Shown piece by piece: positions 39,088 through 50,673 of a DNA stretch of 64,000 bases (position 1 is the first letter of the stretch; the number at the start of each line of letters is the position of its first letter). Under the pieces are notes generated by a model. It did no database searches, was not told the origin of the DNA, and saw nothing but the letters and a program-made list of their open reading frames with translations. Both the position numbers and the translations under genes were made by a program. Origin of the DNA: Microcoleus sp. (lineage in GTDB: Bacteria > Cyanobacteriota > Cyanobacteriia > Cyanobacteriales > Microcoleaceae); the NCBI GenBank assembly GCA_052279835.1, contig CP181291.1:3360001-3424000 (forward strand). The letters run 5' to 3'.

Positions 39088-40422
39088 CTAAATACCATTA
39101 ATAAAACGATTGGGGCTCAAAATATTTTGCGAGTCAAATTGTTTTTTAATCCGGCGCATAAGATCGATCGCACTTCCAGTATAGCCCCAAACATCCAACT
39201 GTTGCTTGAGAGCAGGAGACGCAGCCAAAACAGTCAAAAAACCTGCTTTCGCTTCAGAGACTCGGCGTATTTGCAACAGTGTTTCCGCAGTCACAGTCTG
39301 ATCAAAGCGCAAAATCCCCAAACCGCTACCTGCATGAATCACAGCATCCTGTATGGGCAATTCGTCCATTGCCTTGACAGCTTCGGAGGGCCTGACTCCT
39401 ATTTTGCAAATAATCGGAGAGTCTTGGGTATGATTCCAGATAGTTTCTGGCAATGTTTGCCATAACTGATGGTCATCATTTTCGTCCCAGCTAGCCCCTT
39501 GCAAACCCAACTTTTCACCAACTGACCGCAAGCGGGCTGATTGTTGTTTAACACTCTCTGGGATACTTTGAAATCTGACTATTAATCCTAAGCCCTTTCC
39601 TAAACCTAATTTGGCGACTAAATCCGGTGATAGTAAATCCACGGCTGTGGGAGTCAAAGCCGAAGATAAGAGGATTTGGGTTGCTTGAGTTAAAGGCCCT
39701 GGTGCCCCAGTCAAGAGGACTGTTTCGGAGGCGACGGGGAGGGGATAAACTCGGAAAGTGACTTGACTAATGATACCTAAAGTGCCGTAAGCACCGGTAA
39801 ATAGTTTCATCAAATCGTAACCGGCGACGTTTTTGACTACTCGGCCACCCGCAGTGGCTATTTTACCGTCCGATCGCACAAAAGTCATTCCCAACAGCAA
39901 ATCGCGAACGCCCCGATAGCGATGGCGCAGGGAACCCGCGTCAGCAGTAGCGACAATGCCACCCAAGGTTGCTTGCTGTGGATAGGCCGGATCGATGGGC
40001 AAAAACTGACCGGCGGCGGCTAAAACTTGCTGTAAATCCGCAAACTTCATCCCCGCTTCCGCAGTCACGGTTAAATCGCCTACAGCGTGTTCTATCAATC
40101 GATTCAGGCGCGAAGTGTTGACAGCCATGAGTCGGAGATTCGAGTCTAATTTGACCAAACCGCCCCAATCCAGTTTACTGCCGCCACCACAAGGCAAGAC
40201 AGCGTAACCATTTTGCCCAGCCCAAGCAATCACAGCCGCCAGTTCTGCCTGGGTATTGGGATAAACGATGCTGTCTACTTTAGTGCCGGGGCTAACTGCT
40301 GTGTCTATCTGTTGTTGCCAAAAAGCCTCTGTATCTTGCCACTGACAGATGCCAGCATTGCCGACAATAGTTTCTAGTTGTTTGATTTGTGCCAAGTTTA
40401 TAGTCACCTGATTTAATAGCAA
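39088..40422 (-). CDS. glcE: Glycolate oxidase FAD-binding subunit
   Basis: GGGSKLDWG, GGRVVKNVAGYDLMKLFTG, FD..NILSP; adjacent to glcF; start uncertain. Confidence 0.88.
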   Translation of the reverse strand: MLLNQVTINLAQIKQLETIVGNAGICQWQDTEAFWQQQIDTAVSPGTKVDSIVYPNTQAELAAVIAWAGQNGYAVLPCGGGSKLDWGGLVKLDSNLRLMAVNTSRLNRLIEHAVGDLTVTAEAGMKFADLQQVLAAAGQFLPIDPAYPQQATLGGIVATADAGSLRHRYRGVRDLLLGMTFVRSDGKIATAGGRVVKNVAGYDLMKLFTGAYGTLGIISQVTFRVYPLPVASETVLLTGAPGPLTQATQILLSSALTPTAVDLLSPDLVAKLGLGKGLGLIVRFQSIPESVKQQSARLRSVGEKLGLQGASWDENDDHQLWQTLPETIWNHTQDSPIICKIGVRPSEAVKAMDELPIQDAVIHAGSGLGILRFDQTVTAETLLQIRRVSEAKAGFLTVLAASPALKQQLDVWGYTGSAIDLMRRIKKQFDSQNILSPNRFINGI

Positions 40423-40844
40423 TACGGCAAAAAGTGCGATCGAGCTAACCTTGCAGCATTCTCAATAAGCTGTCGGGGTGGGTTCACCTCCAAATTCGCC
40501 ATAATTCACCCCAAATACTGTACCACAATATCCACACCTACCTACTAATCGGCTCTTCGTTTCAACCCCGGCTTCATAGCACAAATCATCTCTAAACGAA
40601 CTGAAATACACATTTTTTGATAATTATTTTCAGGTTTTTTTGACAGTGGGTTGAAACCGAATTTGGCGATGGGACTGGGATTTAAATCCCTGGCGGTTTT
40701 CGGTAAAAAGCAATCGATTGGAGCGCTATAAAGGACTATGTATCAATACATTTTTATTAAATCTTAACAGATCTTTAGGCAATAAGCCGTTATCGTTGGT
40801 ACAACAAATTTTGACTCTTTTTTCAACTCAGCATTAGGTGTATA

Positions 40845-43800
40845 ATGCCAAATTTAAACTCTCAAATTTCGGGAAGTGCGATCGCCTTTATCGATCGCCT
40901 GGTTACAGATTATCAAAGTTTGATTGCCGGGGTAACACCGGGTACGGAAGTAGTGGTTTTGGATGGGAACCGGGATGCGATCGCACAAATTACTGAAGTT
41001 TTGGGCGATCGCAAAAATATTGATAGCATTCACATAGTTTCTCACGGTGCTCCGGGTAGTTTGCAACTGGGAAAAACTAGATTGTGTGCGGAAAATCTGG
41101 AAACTTATGCCGAGAAATTGCAGCAGTGGCCCAGTGCTTTAACTCCGGGTGCGGACATTCTGATTTATGGTTGCAATGTCGCATCTGGGCCTGGCGATTG
41201 CCTCAAAGTCCGCCGGGGAATTAATTCCCCGTCTCATAGCGCAAGTCGGTTGAAACCGACTGAAAACAAGGCGGGTATTCAGTCCTATGAAGAGGACTTT
41301 CGCTATGAGACGGGGGTTTCAACCCCCGGCGGATCTGGGGAATACGCGATCGACAATGAACGGGCGATCGACAATGAATGTGCGATCGACAATGAACGGG
41401 CGATCGACAATGAATGTGCGATCGATAATGAATGTGCGATCGACAATGAACGGGCGATCGACAATGAATGTGCGATCGACAATGAATGTGCGATCGATTG
41501 CAATGTCGCATCAACACCTCGCGCTTCCCTCAAAGTCCGCCGGGGAATTAATTCCCCGTCTCATAGCGCAAGTCGGTTGAAACCGACTGAAAACAAGGCG
41601 GGTATTCAGTCCTATGAAGAGGACTTTCGCTATGAGACGGGGGTTTCAACCCCCGGCGGACCTGCGGGCGAGGGCGAGGCTATTGAGTCCTATGAAGAGG
41701 ACTTTCGCTATGAGACGGGGGTTTCAACCCCCGGCGGAAACTTCATCCAGCGCATCGCCCAACTCACCAATACCAACGTTGCCGCCTCCAAAAACCTCAC
41801 CGGCAGTGCAGCAAAAGGTGGCGACTGGGAACTAGAAGTCACAACCGGGAAAATAGCAGCACCTTTAGCATTTCAGCCCGAAGTTCTAGCAACATACAAC
41901 CACGTCCTTGCAACCTTCAGTGAAGCCAGGAACTATAGTGTGGGCCAAGGAAATATTTCTGACATTGGTACGGGCGATTTTAATGGTGACGGTTTCCTCG
42001 ACTTAGTAGTGCCAACCTACTTATCAGATATTTTCATATTGTTGGGGACGGGTACTACGGGCAGCTTTGGTACTCCTATCAGCTTATTGAAGCCAGGAGG
42101 TAAGGAGAATCCCTCTGGCGTTGCAGTGGGTGACTTTAATAAAGACGGCAAACTCGATTTAGCTGTAACGAATTCTTACTATTTCGGAGATAGCGGCAAT
42201 TTCGTTTCCATCCGTCTGGGGACGGGTACTGGCAGTTTTGGCGATCCTACCAAGTTTGGTGAAAATATAGATCATAGTTCGATCGTAACCGGTGACTTTA
42301 ATGGAGATGGCAAGTTAGATTTAGCCACAACTCCTGAGAACGATAATTACATTTCAATACTTTTGGGAGACGGTACTGGTAGCTTTGGGACTCCCGTTAA
42401 GATTAATACACAAACACGCAAGTCTACTATTGCCACAGCCGACTTTAACGGCGATGGCAAACTCGATTTAGTCACGTCGAACAATGAAAAGACTAATAAC
42501 ATCTCCGTTTTCTTAGGAGATGGTAAAGGCAACTTTAACTCCCCCGTTAACCTTAACTCCCCCTCTAACACTTTCTATAGTGGGCGAATTGTCGTCACAG
42601 GCGACTTTAATGGCGACAGCAAACTCGATATCGCCGCCAATAACAACTCCGATCGATCAGTCTCAGTCTTCTTGGGAGATGGTACGGGTAATTTTGATAC
42701 TGCTAACAACTTTAATGTCATAACTTCTGGAGGACAGCCCGAATCTGTGGTTGCAGGGGATTTTAACGGCGACGGCAAACTCGATTTAGCCACGTCTAAC
42801 AACTTGGGTGCTTCCCTTTCAGTCTTGTCAGGAGATGGTACGGGTAAGTTTGGTAATCTCAGTCAATTTACGATACCGAGTTCTTCCGCATATGCTTATA
42901 TGATTGCGAGAGATTTTAATGCTGACGGCAAGTTGGATATAGCTACGGCTTTCGGTTCAAATGTCTCGGTTCTGCTGAATACATCGAATACAGTTAATTT
43001 CGGTGCGGCAACTTACAGCGGCGTGGAAGGAGCAACAGACACAGTAGTTAATATTCCCGTCAACATCACCGGAGGCACTCCCTTAAACGATGTAGTTGTG
43101 CCAATTCTCCTCGACTCCAGCAGCACCGCCACCCAAAATACAGACTACACCTTTTCTCCTACTTCGATTACCTTCCCCGCAGGTGCAACAGGTGACGCAC
43201 TCACCAAGAATGTTGCAGTTACTATCAAGCCTGACAATCTCTCTGAAAACCCCGAAACTGTAATTTTCAACTTGGGTACAATTACAGGTGCGATTGCCGG
43301 ATCTACAAAGAAAACAACTCTAACTATTTCAGATCAGGTTTTTGTTACTTATGCCATTGCCACCGGTACTGCCAGCATTGACGAAGGCAATAGCGGCAAA
43401 AAACCTCTAACTTTCACTGTGAATCGCAGCAACGTCACTAACGGGGCAAGTAGCGTCAAATATGCAATAGGAGGAACAGCTACCAACGGCAGCGATTATA
43501 ACAATATCGGCGGCACTTCTGGGGCAAGGAATGCTACTGGCACGATTAATTTTGCGACTGGTGAAACATCAAAAACCATCACTCTGGATGTGTTGGGCGA
43601 CACCATCGTTGAACCCGATGAAACTATTACCGTCACCCTGTCGGAGGCCACAGGTATCGCAGCGGTAACACCGACAATTACCGCTGATACCGCTACCACA
43701 ACTATTATTAATTACACTGCACCGACGCCGGCACCGACGCCGACGCCAGTCACGCCAACACCGACACCGCCGACACCAACACCCACACCGACACCAACAC

Positions 43801-45878
43801 CCACACCGACACCAACACCCACACCGACACCAGTCACGCCGACACCAACACCCACACCGACACCAGTCACGCCCACACCAGTCACGCCAACACCGACACC
43901 AGTCACGCCAACACCAACTCCAATACCAACGCCAACGCCAATACCAACACCAACACCAACTCCAATACCAACTCCAATATTAGTACCAATACCAATACCA
44001 ATACCAACTCCAATACCAACTCCAATACCAACTCCAATACCGACGCCAATACCAACACCAATACCAACGCCAACGCCCACTAATCGTCCTCCAGAGGAGA
44101 ATATTCACCTGGGCTACGGTTACACTCCTTTCGATCGGGACATTCCTAACGTCTATATAGACCCGGATGGAGACCTACTAACCTACACACTAACCCTTCG
44201 TGACGGCAGTTTATTACAGAGCAATCCGAACAGCAGTTGGCTTGGATTTTCGTTTGACTCTGCCACAAACAGCATTAAGTTTACCGGAACTCCCCCAAGC
44301 AACTGGCAAGAATTCCAGGCGAAATTAACAGCAATAGACCCTTATGGTGCAAGTTCCAGCCAGATAATCAAGGTAATAAAATCCCGAGACGGGCGGGTTA
44401 TCGACGGTTACATTTCCGGGGCGACTGTCTTCTTAGATGTCAACAAAAATGGCGTTCTTGATGCCGGCGAACCATTAACTAATACTGACTCTAACGGTGA
44501 ATTTAATCTCAATCTCCCCTTCGAGACTTTCGACAACAATCAAAATGGCGCAATTGACTCAGGTAAAGGCAATTTAGTTGCCATAGGCGGCACTGATATC
44601 GCCACGGGTTTACCCCTAGAAACACCAGTCACCGCACCACCAGATTCCACTGTTGTCACCCTCTTAACCAGCTTAGTGGCCAACTTAATTGACAGAGGAA
44701 TTGAACCAGCAGAAGCACAATCTTTAGTCAAAACTTCCCTTTCCATTCCCACTAATGTTGACCTGACCAGCTTAGACCCCATAGACGCCACCAACAACAA
44801 CCAGCCAGGGGGAGTCGCAACTTTATCTGCCATGGTGAAAGTCCAAAACTTCATCACTCAAACTGCTGCGTTGATTGACGGTGCTTCTAGTGCGGCAACT
44901 AAGGAGATTGTCAAGGCTGTTGTCACTTCTATTACAAGTCGAGTTCAATCTGGTACTGTTTTAAATCTTAGCAATGCAGCGGATTTAGAACCGATTATTC
45001 AGCAATCTGCCACTAGAATCAAGCAAGTTGACTCCCGTTTCAACAGTCAAAAATTTACCCAAATTACCTCGCAAGCTGCGACTGTAATGGCAACAGCCAA
45101 TCAACGCATTGATGCCGCTGTCTCCAGCACAACAGGAACATCCATTCCTGAAGCAGTCGCCCGCGTCCAAAAAGTAACTTTGGGCGAAACTACTCAAGAT
45201 TTCAAAGCTGTTGGTGCTGGAACTAAGACAATTTCTCAGGTAGTTTCTGAGAATACTGGTACGGCTTTAGACACCCAAATTGAAGCTGTTACATTACCTG
45301 GTGGGCTTGCTACTCCTGTTGTCACCGGCGATGCTGATTTGGGCAGCAATTCGCCCGACGCAATTATCGGTACAAACGGCGACGATATCCTGACTGGCGG
45401 CAGCGCAAATGATGTTTTGATGGGGATGAGGGGCAATGATTACCTCGACGGTGCTTTGGGAAATGACTCTCTTTTCGGCGGCAAAGGTAACGATATTATG
45501 CTGGGAGGTAGCGGTGATGATGCCTTGTTTGGCAGTCGCGGTGCTGACATTTTGAATGGCGGTGATGGCAACGATATTCTGCTGGGAGGTAAGGGTGATG
45601 ATTTGCTCACAGGCGGTTTGGGAAGTGATGTTTTGACAGGAGGTGCTGGCAATGATAAATTCTTGCTTTCTACCAATTCTGGTATCGATACTATATTGGA
45701 TTTTGAGGAGGGCCAAGATTTGCTAATACTGGGCAATAATCTCACTTTCTCGCAATTGTCAATTACTCAAGAAAACAGTGCAACTTTCATCCGTTTGTCT
45801 GCAACAGGTCAAATTTTAGCCTCTCTGAATGGGGTGTCTGCAAGTGCGATTAGTGCCGCTAATTTCAATTTAGCTTAG
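40845..45878 (+). CDS. Large secreted adhesin-like protein: DUF4347 + FG-GAP/VCBS + Calx-beta + Pro/Thr linker + RTX
   Basis: [18 protein letters not shown]; repeated [25 protein letters not shown]...EPDE; (PT)n; GGxGxD repeats. Confidence 0.88.
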   Translation: MPNLNSQISGSAIAFIDRLVTDYQSLIAGVTPGTEVVVLDGNRDAIAQITEVLGDRKNIDSIHIVSHGAPGSLQLGKTRLCAENLETYAEKLQQWPSALTPGADILIYGCNVASGPGDCLKVRRGINSPSHSASRLKPTENKAGIQSYEEDFRYETGVSTPGGSGEYAIDNERAIDNECAIDNERAIDNECAIDNECAIDNERAIDNECAIDNECAIDCNVASTPRASLKVRRGINSPSHSASRLKPTENKAGIQSYEEDFRYETGVSTPGGPAGEGEAIESYEEDFRYETGVSTPGGNFIQRIAQLTNTNVAASKNLTGSAAKGGDWELEVTTGKIAAPLAFQPEVLATYNHVLATFSEARNYSVGQGNISDIGTGDFNGDGFLDLVVPTYLSDIFILLGTGTTGSFGTPISLLKPGGKENPSGVAVGDFNKDGKLDLAVTNSYYFGDSGNFVSIRLGTGTGSFGDPTKFGENIDHSSIVTGDFNGDGKLDLATTPENDNYISILLGDGTGSFGTPVKINTQTRKSTIATADFNGDGKLDLVTSNNEKTNNISVFLGDGKGNFNSPVNLNSPSNTFYSGRIVVTGDFNGDSKLDIAANNNSDRSVSVFLGDGTGNFDTANNFNVITSGGQPESVVAGDFNGDGKLDLATSNNLGASLSVLSGDGTGKFGNLSQFTIPSSSAYAYMIARDFNADGKLDIATAFGSNVSVLLNTSNTVNFGAATYSGVEGATDTVVNIPVNITGGTPLNDVVVPILLDSSSTATQNTDYTFSPTSITFPAGATGDALTKNVAVTIKPDNLSENPETVIFNLGTITGAIAGSTKKTTLTISDQVFVTYAIATGTASIDEGNSGKKPLTFTVNRSNVTNGASSVKYAIGGTATNGSDYNNIGGTSGARNATGTINFATGETSKTITLDVLGDTIVEPDETITVTLSEATGIAAVTPTITADTATTTIINYTAPTPAPTPTPVTPTPTPPTPTPTPTPTPTPTPTPTPTPVTPTPTPTPTPVTPTPVTPTPTPVTPTPTPIPTPTPIPTPTPTPIPTPILVPIPIPIPTPIPTPIPTPIPTPIPTPIPTPTPTNRPPEENIHLGYGYTPFDRDIPNVYIDPDGDLLTYTLTLRDGSLLQSNPNSSWLGFSFDSATNSIKFTGTPPSNWQEFQAKLTAIDPYGASSSQIIKVIKSRDGRVIDGYISGATVFLDVNKNGVLDAGEPLTNTDSNGEFNLNLPFETFDNNQNGAIDSGKGNLVAIGGTDIATGLPLETPVTAPPDSTVVTLLTSLVANLIDRGIEPAEAQSLVKTSLSIPTNVDLTSLDPIDATNNNQPGGVATLSAMVKVQNFITQTAALIDGASSAATKEIVKAVVTSITSRVQSGTVLNLSNAADLEPIIQQSATRIKQVDSRFNSQKFTQITSQAATVMATANQRIDAAVSSTTGTSIPEAVARVQKVTLGETTQDFKAVGAGTKTISQVVSENTGTALDTQIEAVTLPGGLATPVVTGDADLGSNSPDAIIGTNGDDILTGGSANDVLMGMRGNDYLDGALGNDSLFGGKGNDIMLGGSGDDALFGSRGADILNGGDGNDILLGGKGDDLLTGGLGSDVLTGGAGNDKFLLSTNSGIDTILDFEEGQDLLILGNNLTFSQLSITQENSATFIRLSATGQILASLNGVSASAISAANFNLA
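41346..41497 (+). repeat. 18-nt coding tandem repeat, 8 full units plus a partial ([12 protein letters not shown])
   Basis: GCGATCGACAATGAA(CGG/TGT). Confidence 0.95.
43713..44080 (+). repeat. Low-complexity Pro/Thr/Ile coding repeat
   Basis: ACACCG/ATACCA hexamer arrays. Confidence 0.9.
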
Positions 45879-45968
45879 AGTCGATGGGTAGGCACGGGGG
45901 CATTGGTGTCAACTTAGGCCTGAAACCCAGATCAATGTCCCTTTTAGGCCTAAATCCCCACCCCCCCC

Positions 45969-46103
45969 TAGGGCGTGTTTTCAAACCCAAAGATCCCCCC
46001 CAGCCCCCCTTAATAAGGGGGGGAAAGAGTCTTTAAGTCCCCCTTCCCAAGGGGGATGCGAGGGGGATCTAAATCTTAAGGAGTAGTTTGAAAACACGCC
46101 CTA
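45969..46103. repeat. TA-flanked element with perfect 18-bp terminal inverted repeats
   Basis: TAGGGCGTGTTTTCAAAC...GTTTGAAAACACGCCCTA. Confidence 0.85.
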
Positions 46104-46218
46104 GCCCCCCCACCCCCCCCTGCCCCCCCCAAGGGGGGATGGGGGATGGGGGACTTTGAGAAAACTCCTGTCTCCCCCTTCTTAAGGGGGGCTAGGGGGG
46201 ATCGATCCTAAAAATAAA

Positions 46219-47088
46219 TCACAGTTCTAAAGGAGCAATAGCATTCAATAATTCTTCTAAGATAAATCGTAGCAATGACTGAGTTGCTAATACTAAGCCC
46301 AATCTGGCTTGGGCGAGTTTCAGGTTTTCTCTTTTAATTTCGCCCCAAATTCTACACTGGCTGTAAAAAGTCTGAAAGGCTGTGCTCAAACTATTTGCTA
46401 ATTTGAAATAATCGATCGCTCTTTCTTGGTTGCACTCCCCAAACACAAAAGCTAGACTGTCTAGCACTGTCAATAGTTGGGAAATTAAATTGCTTTCGGC
46501 TGGATGTATTAATCTCAGTTGTTCGTTGTCTAGCCAGGGTAAGGGATTTGGGGCCGTCAGCGACCAAATTTGCGGTGTGGTGGCCACATCGGGTTGGGCG
46601 ATCGCAATTAGGCGATCGCGATGGGCCATTCGCACCAGAGAACAACAGCGGGCGTGGCTGTATTGAAGGGGAAACAGTCGATCGGCGGACAATATGGGTG
46701 ATATTATTCGAGACTGTGTAACTGGAATGGGAGTTTGAGCTAAACGCTGCAACCACCAGGCCAAAGCTGGAGGGGTCAACTCAAACTCAATGATGGCCGA
46801 GGGCGCTAATGTCACGGCGAAATCTGGATGACACATAGCTTGCAGAGTTGCAGCTAACTGTGTGGCGATGGCTTGGGGTGTCTGCTGGCACACTTTAGCC
46901 AATTTGAGGGCGATCGCCGAAATGTACACTACTCCTAGACTATTCTGAGACCGATTTAAGGGAATTTCATCTAGTTTTAGGGCCGTTTCTGGCATATTAG
47001 CCCGTTCCATTGCTGTTTGTAGCCGTGAGCGCAACAGAGTTTTGACTGTGAGTTTTTCCAACTCCCAGTCTTGTGATTTTGATTCCAT
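46219..47088 (-). CDS. Stand-alone ArgRS-like DALR anticodon-binding domain protein
   Basis: QYSHARCCSL, F..FYSQCRI, LAQARLGL..ATQ..L...L...APLEL; start uncertain (47121 possible). Confidence 0.75.
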   Translation of the reverse strand: MESKSQDWELEKLTVKTLLRSRLQTAMERANMPETALKLDEIPLNRSQNSLGVVYISAIALKLAKVCQQTPQAIATQLAATLQAMCHPDFAVTLAPSAIIEFELTPPALAWWLQRLAQTPIPVTQSRIISPILSADRLFPLQYSHARCCSLVRMAHRDRLIAIAQPDVATTPQIWSLTAPNPLPWLDNEQLRLIHPAESNLISQLLTVLDSLAFVFGECNQERAIDYFKLANSLSTAFQTFYSQCRIWGEIKRENLKLAQARLGLVLATQSLLRFILEELLNAIAPLEL

Positions 47089-47126
47089 ACTCAAAACTTT
47101 ATATTTGCTGAATTCAACCATTGAGA

Positions 47127-47142
47127 TGTATTTTTTGTTACA
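47127..47142. promoter_or_regulatory. NtcA/CRP-type box upstream of devH
   Basis: TGTA-TTTTTTGT-TACA is an exact TGTA-N8-TACA; no clean -10 at the canonical spacing. Confidence 0.5.
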
Positions 47143-47287
47143 TTGAATATTTATGTAAAACTGACAAAAATAAGCAAGCACAGCTAAGCTAGTGTAAGCT
47201 CGATCGGGGTCAGTCATCTCACTTTGTATCGCCATATTGGCAAAACCTGTTTTTTTCACTGGTAACACATATCCCAATCCCTCACCC

Positions 47288-48040
47288 ATGCAATCAACTT
47301 CCACATCTCTAGAGACGATCGATCGACCGTTTATAACTTGGCAACGAATTATAGACTGGGCCCAGGAACACTACCGCTGCCGGACTTTTAGCAAAGACGA
47401 GCGCATTCCAGCTAGACCGGGACTCCTGTATTTAGTACAGAAGGGGTCTGTGCGGCTCGTAGGTAGCGCTCAGGTCAGCGCCACTTCAAAATCGTCAAAA
47501 TCCGATCGCGAAGCACCAGAAGAAGCTTTTCTGGGGTTCGTAGGAGCGGGTCAGCCTTTTGAACTGGTGGCACAGTCGCCGTTTACTCTGCAAGCCTACG
47601 CCCACGCTGACCAAACTCACGTAGTGTGGATGTACTGGCACGATTTAGATAACTGGCCTCACTTCCGCCGGGAAATTTTGGATGCGTTTCGCTACCAGCA
47701 CCAGCGGAAACTGCTCTGGCTAAGCACTTTGGGACAGCGCCGGACAATCGACCGCTTGCTGGGATTTCTCACATTGTTGATAGAAGAGTTTGGGGAACCC
47801 TACGTAGGTGAGACGGAACCTGATGTGGTTCGCGGCTATCGCCTCCCTTGGGCCTTGACTCATGCTCAAATTGGCAGTGCAATTGGTTCAACGCGAGTCA
47901 CAGTCACTAGGTTGATGGGTAAGTTGCGATCGAAAGGTTTGATTAATACTGAGGATGACAATTTAATCTGTTTACCGGCTAGCCCGGATTCGCCCAAAAC
48001 TAAAAATCCTAAGCCGAAACCGGAAGCGTTGATGGAATAA
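47288..48040 (+). CDS. devH: CRP/FNR family regulator DevH
   Basis: TWQRIIDWAQEHYRCRTFSKDERIPARPGLLYLV...LTHAQIGSAIGSTRVTVTRL matches DevH as I recall it. Confidence 0.85.
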   Translation: MQSTSTSLETIDRPFITWQRIIDWAQEHYRCRTFSKDERIPARPGLLYLVQKGSVRLVGSAQVSATSKSSKSDREAPEEAFLGFVGAGQPFELVAQSPFTLQAYAHADQTHVVWMYWHDLDNWPHFRREILDAFRYQHQRKLLWLSTLGQRRTIDRLLGFLTLLIEEFGEPYVGETEPDVVRGYRLPWALTHAQIGSAIGSTRVTVTRLMGKLRSKGLINTEDDNLICLPASPDSPKTKNPKPKPEALME

Positions 48041-48179
48041 TCTGGGTCGAACCCAGGGGCAGATTGTTCCGAAACAGCGGGCAACTGTTAGTTTTTTTAG
48101 CCGATCGCGGTCTTTGTCACTCCACATTGTAGGATGAATTGTGTAAAATTTTACGGTTCTCTCTTTTGTGCGATCGACC

Positions 48180-48848
48180 ATGACCGATGACCAGCCAAAA
48201 TTGACCATCCCGAACCATCAGCAACGAGTCCTCTTCTGTGACTTTGATGGCACGATTACAGTAGAAGAAACTTTTGTGGCTATGCTGAAGCATTTCGCGC
48301 CACAACTGTCATCGGAACTGATGCCAGAAATGTATGCTAGAAGGCTGAGTTTGCGATCGGGAGTGCGGCAGTTATTGGAGTCGATTCCCTCGGAATGTTA
48401 CGGGGAAATTATCGAATTTTCCCGCCCCAAGCTGATGCGATCGGGATTGGTAGAATTACTGGATTTTTTGGATGCTAAAGGGGTGCATTTTGTGATTGTT
48501 TCCGGCGGTTTGCGAATTATGGTAGAAACCGTCCTCGGCGATTTAGTCCATCGGGCTAGCGCTATTTATGCTGTGGATGTGGACACCACCGGGCCTCGGT
48601 TCCAAGTAAAGTCGGAGTTTGAGGGGGATACGGAATTGGTGTCGAAGGTGCGGGTAATGGAACAGTACCCAGCCCAGGAACAGGTGGCGATCGGAGATTC
48701 GATCACTGACTTTAACATGGCTTTGCAGGCTTCATCGGTGTTTGCGCGCGATCGACTGGCCCAATATCTAGACGAACAGCAAAAGCCCTATACTAAATGG
48801 GATAATTTTTTTGATGTGCTAGAAAAGCTCTCCCAAAAATGGGATTAA
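48180..48848 (+). CDS. mtnX: HAD-IB phosphatase, MtnX-like (methionine salvage)
   Basis: CDFDGTIT, IVSGG, IGDSITD; adjacent to mtnB. Confidence 0.75.
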   Translation: MTDDQPKLTIPNHQQRVLFCDFDGTITVEETFVAMLKHFAPQLSSELMPEMYARRLSLRSGVRQLLESIPSECYGEIIEFSRPKLMRSGLVELLDFLDAKGVHFVIVSGGLRIMVETVLGDLVHRASAIYAVDVDTTGPRFQVKSEFEGDTELVSKVRVMEQYPAQEQVAIGDSITDFNMALQASSVFARDRLAQYLDEQQKPYTKWDNFFDVLEKLSQKWD

Positions 48849-48892
48849 AACTCAACTAAAATCATGCACAAAAAGCTGAGGATTGGCAAAGA

Positions 48893-49522
48893 ATGAGCGG
48901 CGATTTGAGAACAGATTTAATAGCAGCGGCAAAACATTTTTACGATCGAGGTTGGATGGTTGGGACAGCCGGGAATCTTTCCTCTCGTTTAGATGACGGC
49001 AGTTTTTGGATTACCGCTAGCGGCCGCCAAAAAGGCAAATTAACTGCCACTGATTTTATTAGAATGAACTTAGACGGCATAATTCTAGAGCAACCCGATC
49101 CAGATAGTCGCCCTTCCGCAGAAACCAGCATTCATTTAGCGGTGTATCAGAGTTTTCCCGAAGCTCAAGCTTGCTATCACGTTCACTCCATCGAGGCAAA
49201 TTTAGTCTCTCGGTTAGCAGCGGGAGATGCCGTGTCTTTACCTGCGCTCGAAATGCTCAAAGGTTTGGGAGTCTGGGAGGAAAACCCCCAAGTATCCATG
49301 CCCTTATTTACCAATTATTTTTCAGTCCCACAAATCGCCCAGGAAATTGGCGAATTATTTGCCACTTCCCCCCCGCAAGTACCCGCTTTGTTAATTCGCG
49401 ATCACGGCGTTACAGTCTGGGCTAACTCCCCAGCTACAGCCTACAATTACATAGAAATTGTCGAATACATTTTTCGCTACATGGTGATGGCCCGTCAATC
49501 GATTTTAGACTATACATTTTAA
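48893..49522 (+). CDS. mtnB: Methylthioribulose-1-phosphate dehydratase
   Basis: GTAGNLS, ITASG..KG, PSAETSIH, HVHS, EMLKGL, RDHGVTVW. Confidence 0.9.
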   Translation: MSGDLRTDLIAAAKHFYDRGWMVGTAGNLSSRLDDGSFWITASGRQKGKLTATDFIRMNLDGIILEQPDPDSRPSAETSIHLAVYQSFPEAQACYHVHSIEANLVSRLAAGDAVSLPALEMLKGLGVWEENPQVSMPLFTNYFSVPQIAQEIGELFATSPPQVPALLIRDHGVTVWANSPATAYNYIEIVEYIFRYMVMARQSILDYTF

Positions 49523-49542
49523 AACAAGTTGAGGTAATATTT

Positions 49543-50580
49543 ATGGCTAAATATACCCGAATTCTCTCCATAGATGGAGGCGGTATTAGAGGAATTATTC
49601 CCGGACAAGTTGGAGTAGCCCTTGAAGAAAAACTGAAACAAAAAAGCGGCAACCCAGAAGCAAAAATAGCTGATTATTTTGATTTAATCGCCGGCACCAG
49701 TGCCGGAGGAATTTTAACTTGTCTTTACTTGTTTCCCGACCCAAATAATCCCAACCGACCTCTGTGGTCTGCCGAAGATGCTGTAAATTTCTCCATCAAA
49801 AGTGGTCGCGATGTTTTTAAGAGTTCCTTTTGGCAAACACTCACATCTCTAGACGGTTTAGTTGATGAAAAATATTCGAGCGATCGCCTAGAAAAATTCT
49901 TTTTAGAACACTTTAGAGATTGCCAACTCAGTCAACTGCTGAAACCTTGTTTAATTACCAGTTACGACATCGAAAGGAGAAAAGCTCACTTTTTCAATCA
50001 ACAAGATGCTGTAAATAATCCCGAAGAAGACTATTTCATCAAAGATATAACCAGAGCGACATCGGCTGCTCCTTCTTATTTTGAAGTTCCCAAAATTCGC
50101 TCCTTGACCAACGAATCCTACGTTTTAGTTGACGGGGGAGTATTTGCCAACAATCCCGCACTTTGTGCTTATGCAGAAGTCAGAAATAAATTCCGCATTC
50201 CCGACGATCGCCCAGACAGAGGTCCGACGGCAAAGGAGATGGTAATCTTATCTCTCGGCACCGGAGACGCTCAAAAAAAATATCCCTACGAAGAAGCCAA
50301 AGACTGGGGTCAAGTGGAGTGGATTGAGCCTTTGATTAATATACTGATGACCGGGGTTTCTGAAACAGTCCATTATCAACTCATGCAAATTTTTGATGCC
50401 ATTGAAAGACCACATCAATATTTGAGAATTAGTCCTGATTTGAGTTTATATACAGAACCGCTACCCATCGATGATGCGTCGGAACCAAAAATATCACAAC
50501 TGGTGAAAATTGGCAAAGAGCAAGCACAAAAATACGATGGAGAATTGGATCGCTTTATTGACTTATTAGTGGCTGAATAA
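49543..50580 (+). CDS. Patatin-like phospholipase
   Basis: LSIDGGGIRG, GTSAG, ATSAAP, DGGVFANNP. Confidence 0.93.
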   Translation: MAKYTRILSIDGGGIRGIIPGQVGVALEEKLKQKSGNPEAKIADYFDLIAGTSAGGILTCLYLFPDPNNPNRPLWSAEDAVNFSIKSGRDVFKSSFWQTLTSLDGLVDEKYSSDRLEKFFLEHFRDCQLSQLLKPCLITSYDIERRKAHFFNQQDAVNNPEEDYFIKDITRATSAAPSYFEVPKIRSLTNESYVLVDGGVFANNPALCAYAEVRNKFRIPDDRPDRGPTAKEMVILSLGTGDAQKKYPYEEAKDWGQVEWIEPLINILMTGVSETVHYQLMQIFDAIERPHQYLRISPDLSLYTEPLPIDDASEPKISQLVKIGKEQAQKYDGELDRFIDLLVAE

Positions 50581-50673
50581 TTAATAATTAATAATTAATA
50601 ATTAGTTATTGGTTATTAGTGGTTAATCCTTAGTCCTTAGCCTACAGCACTGTCACATATAAAATCTAAATCA

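Noticed and set aside
41346..41497. CRISPR array
   Set aside because: Units are contiguous 18-mers with no unique spacers, lie in frame in a gene, and no cas genes are present
43712..44080. Gly/Val-rich minus-strand ORF and the many other antisense or shadow ORFs in the track
   Set aside because: Mirror frames of well-supported genes or translations of repeats (for example 33180-33499)
49543..50580. CBASS phospholipase effector
   Set aside because: No CD-NTase nearby; housekeeping neighbours
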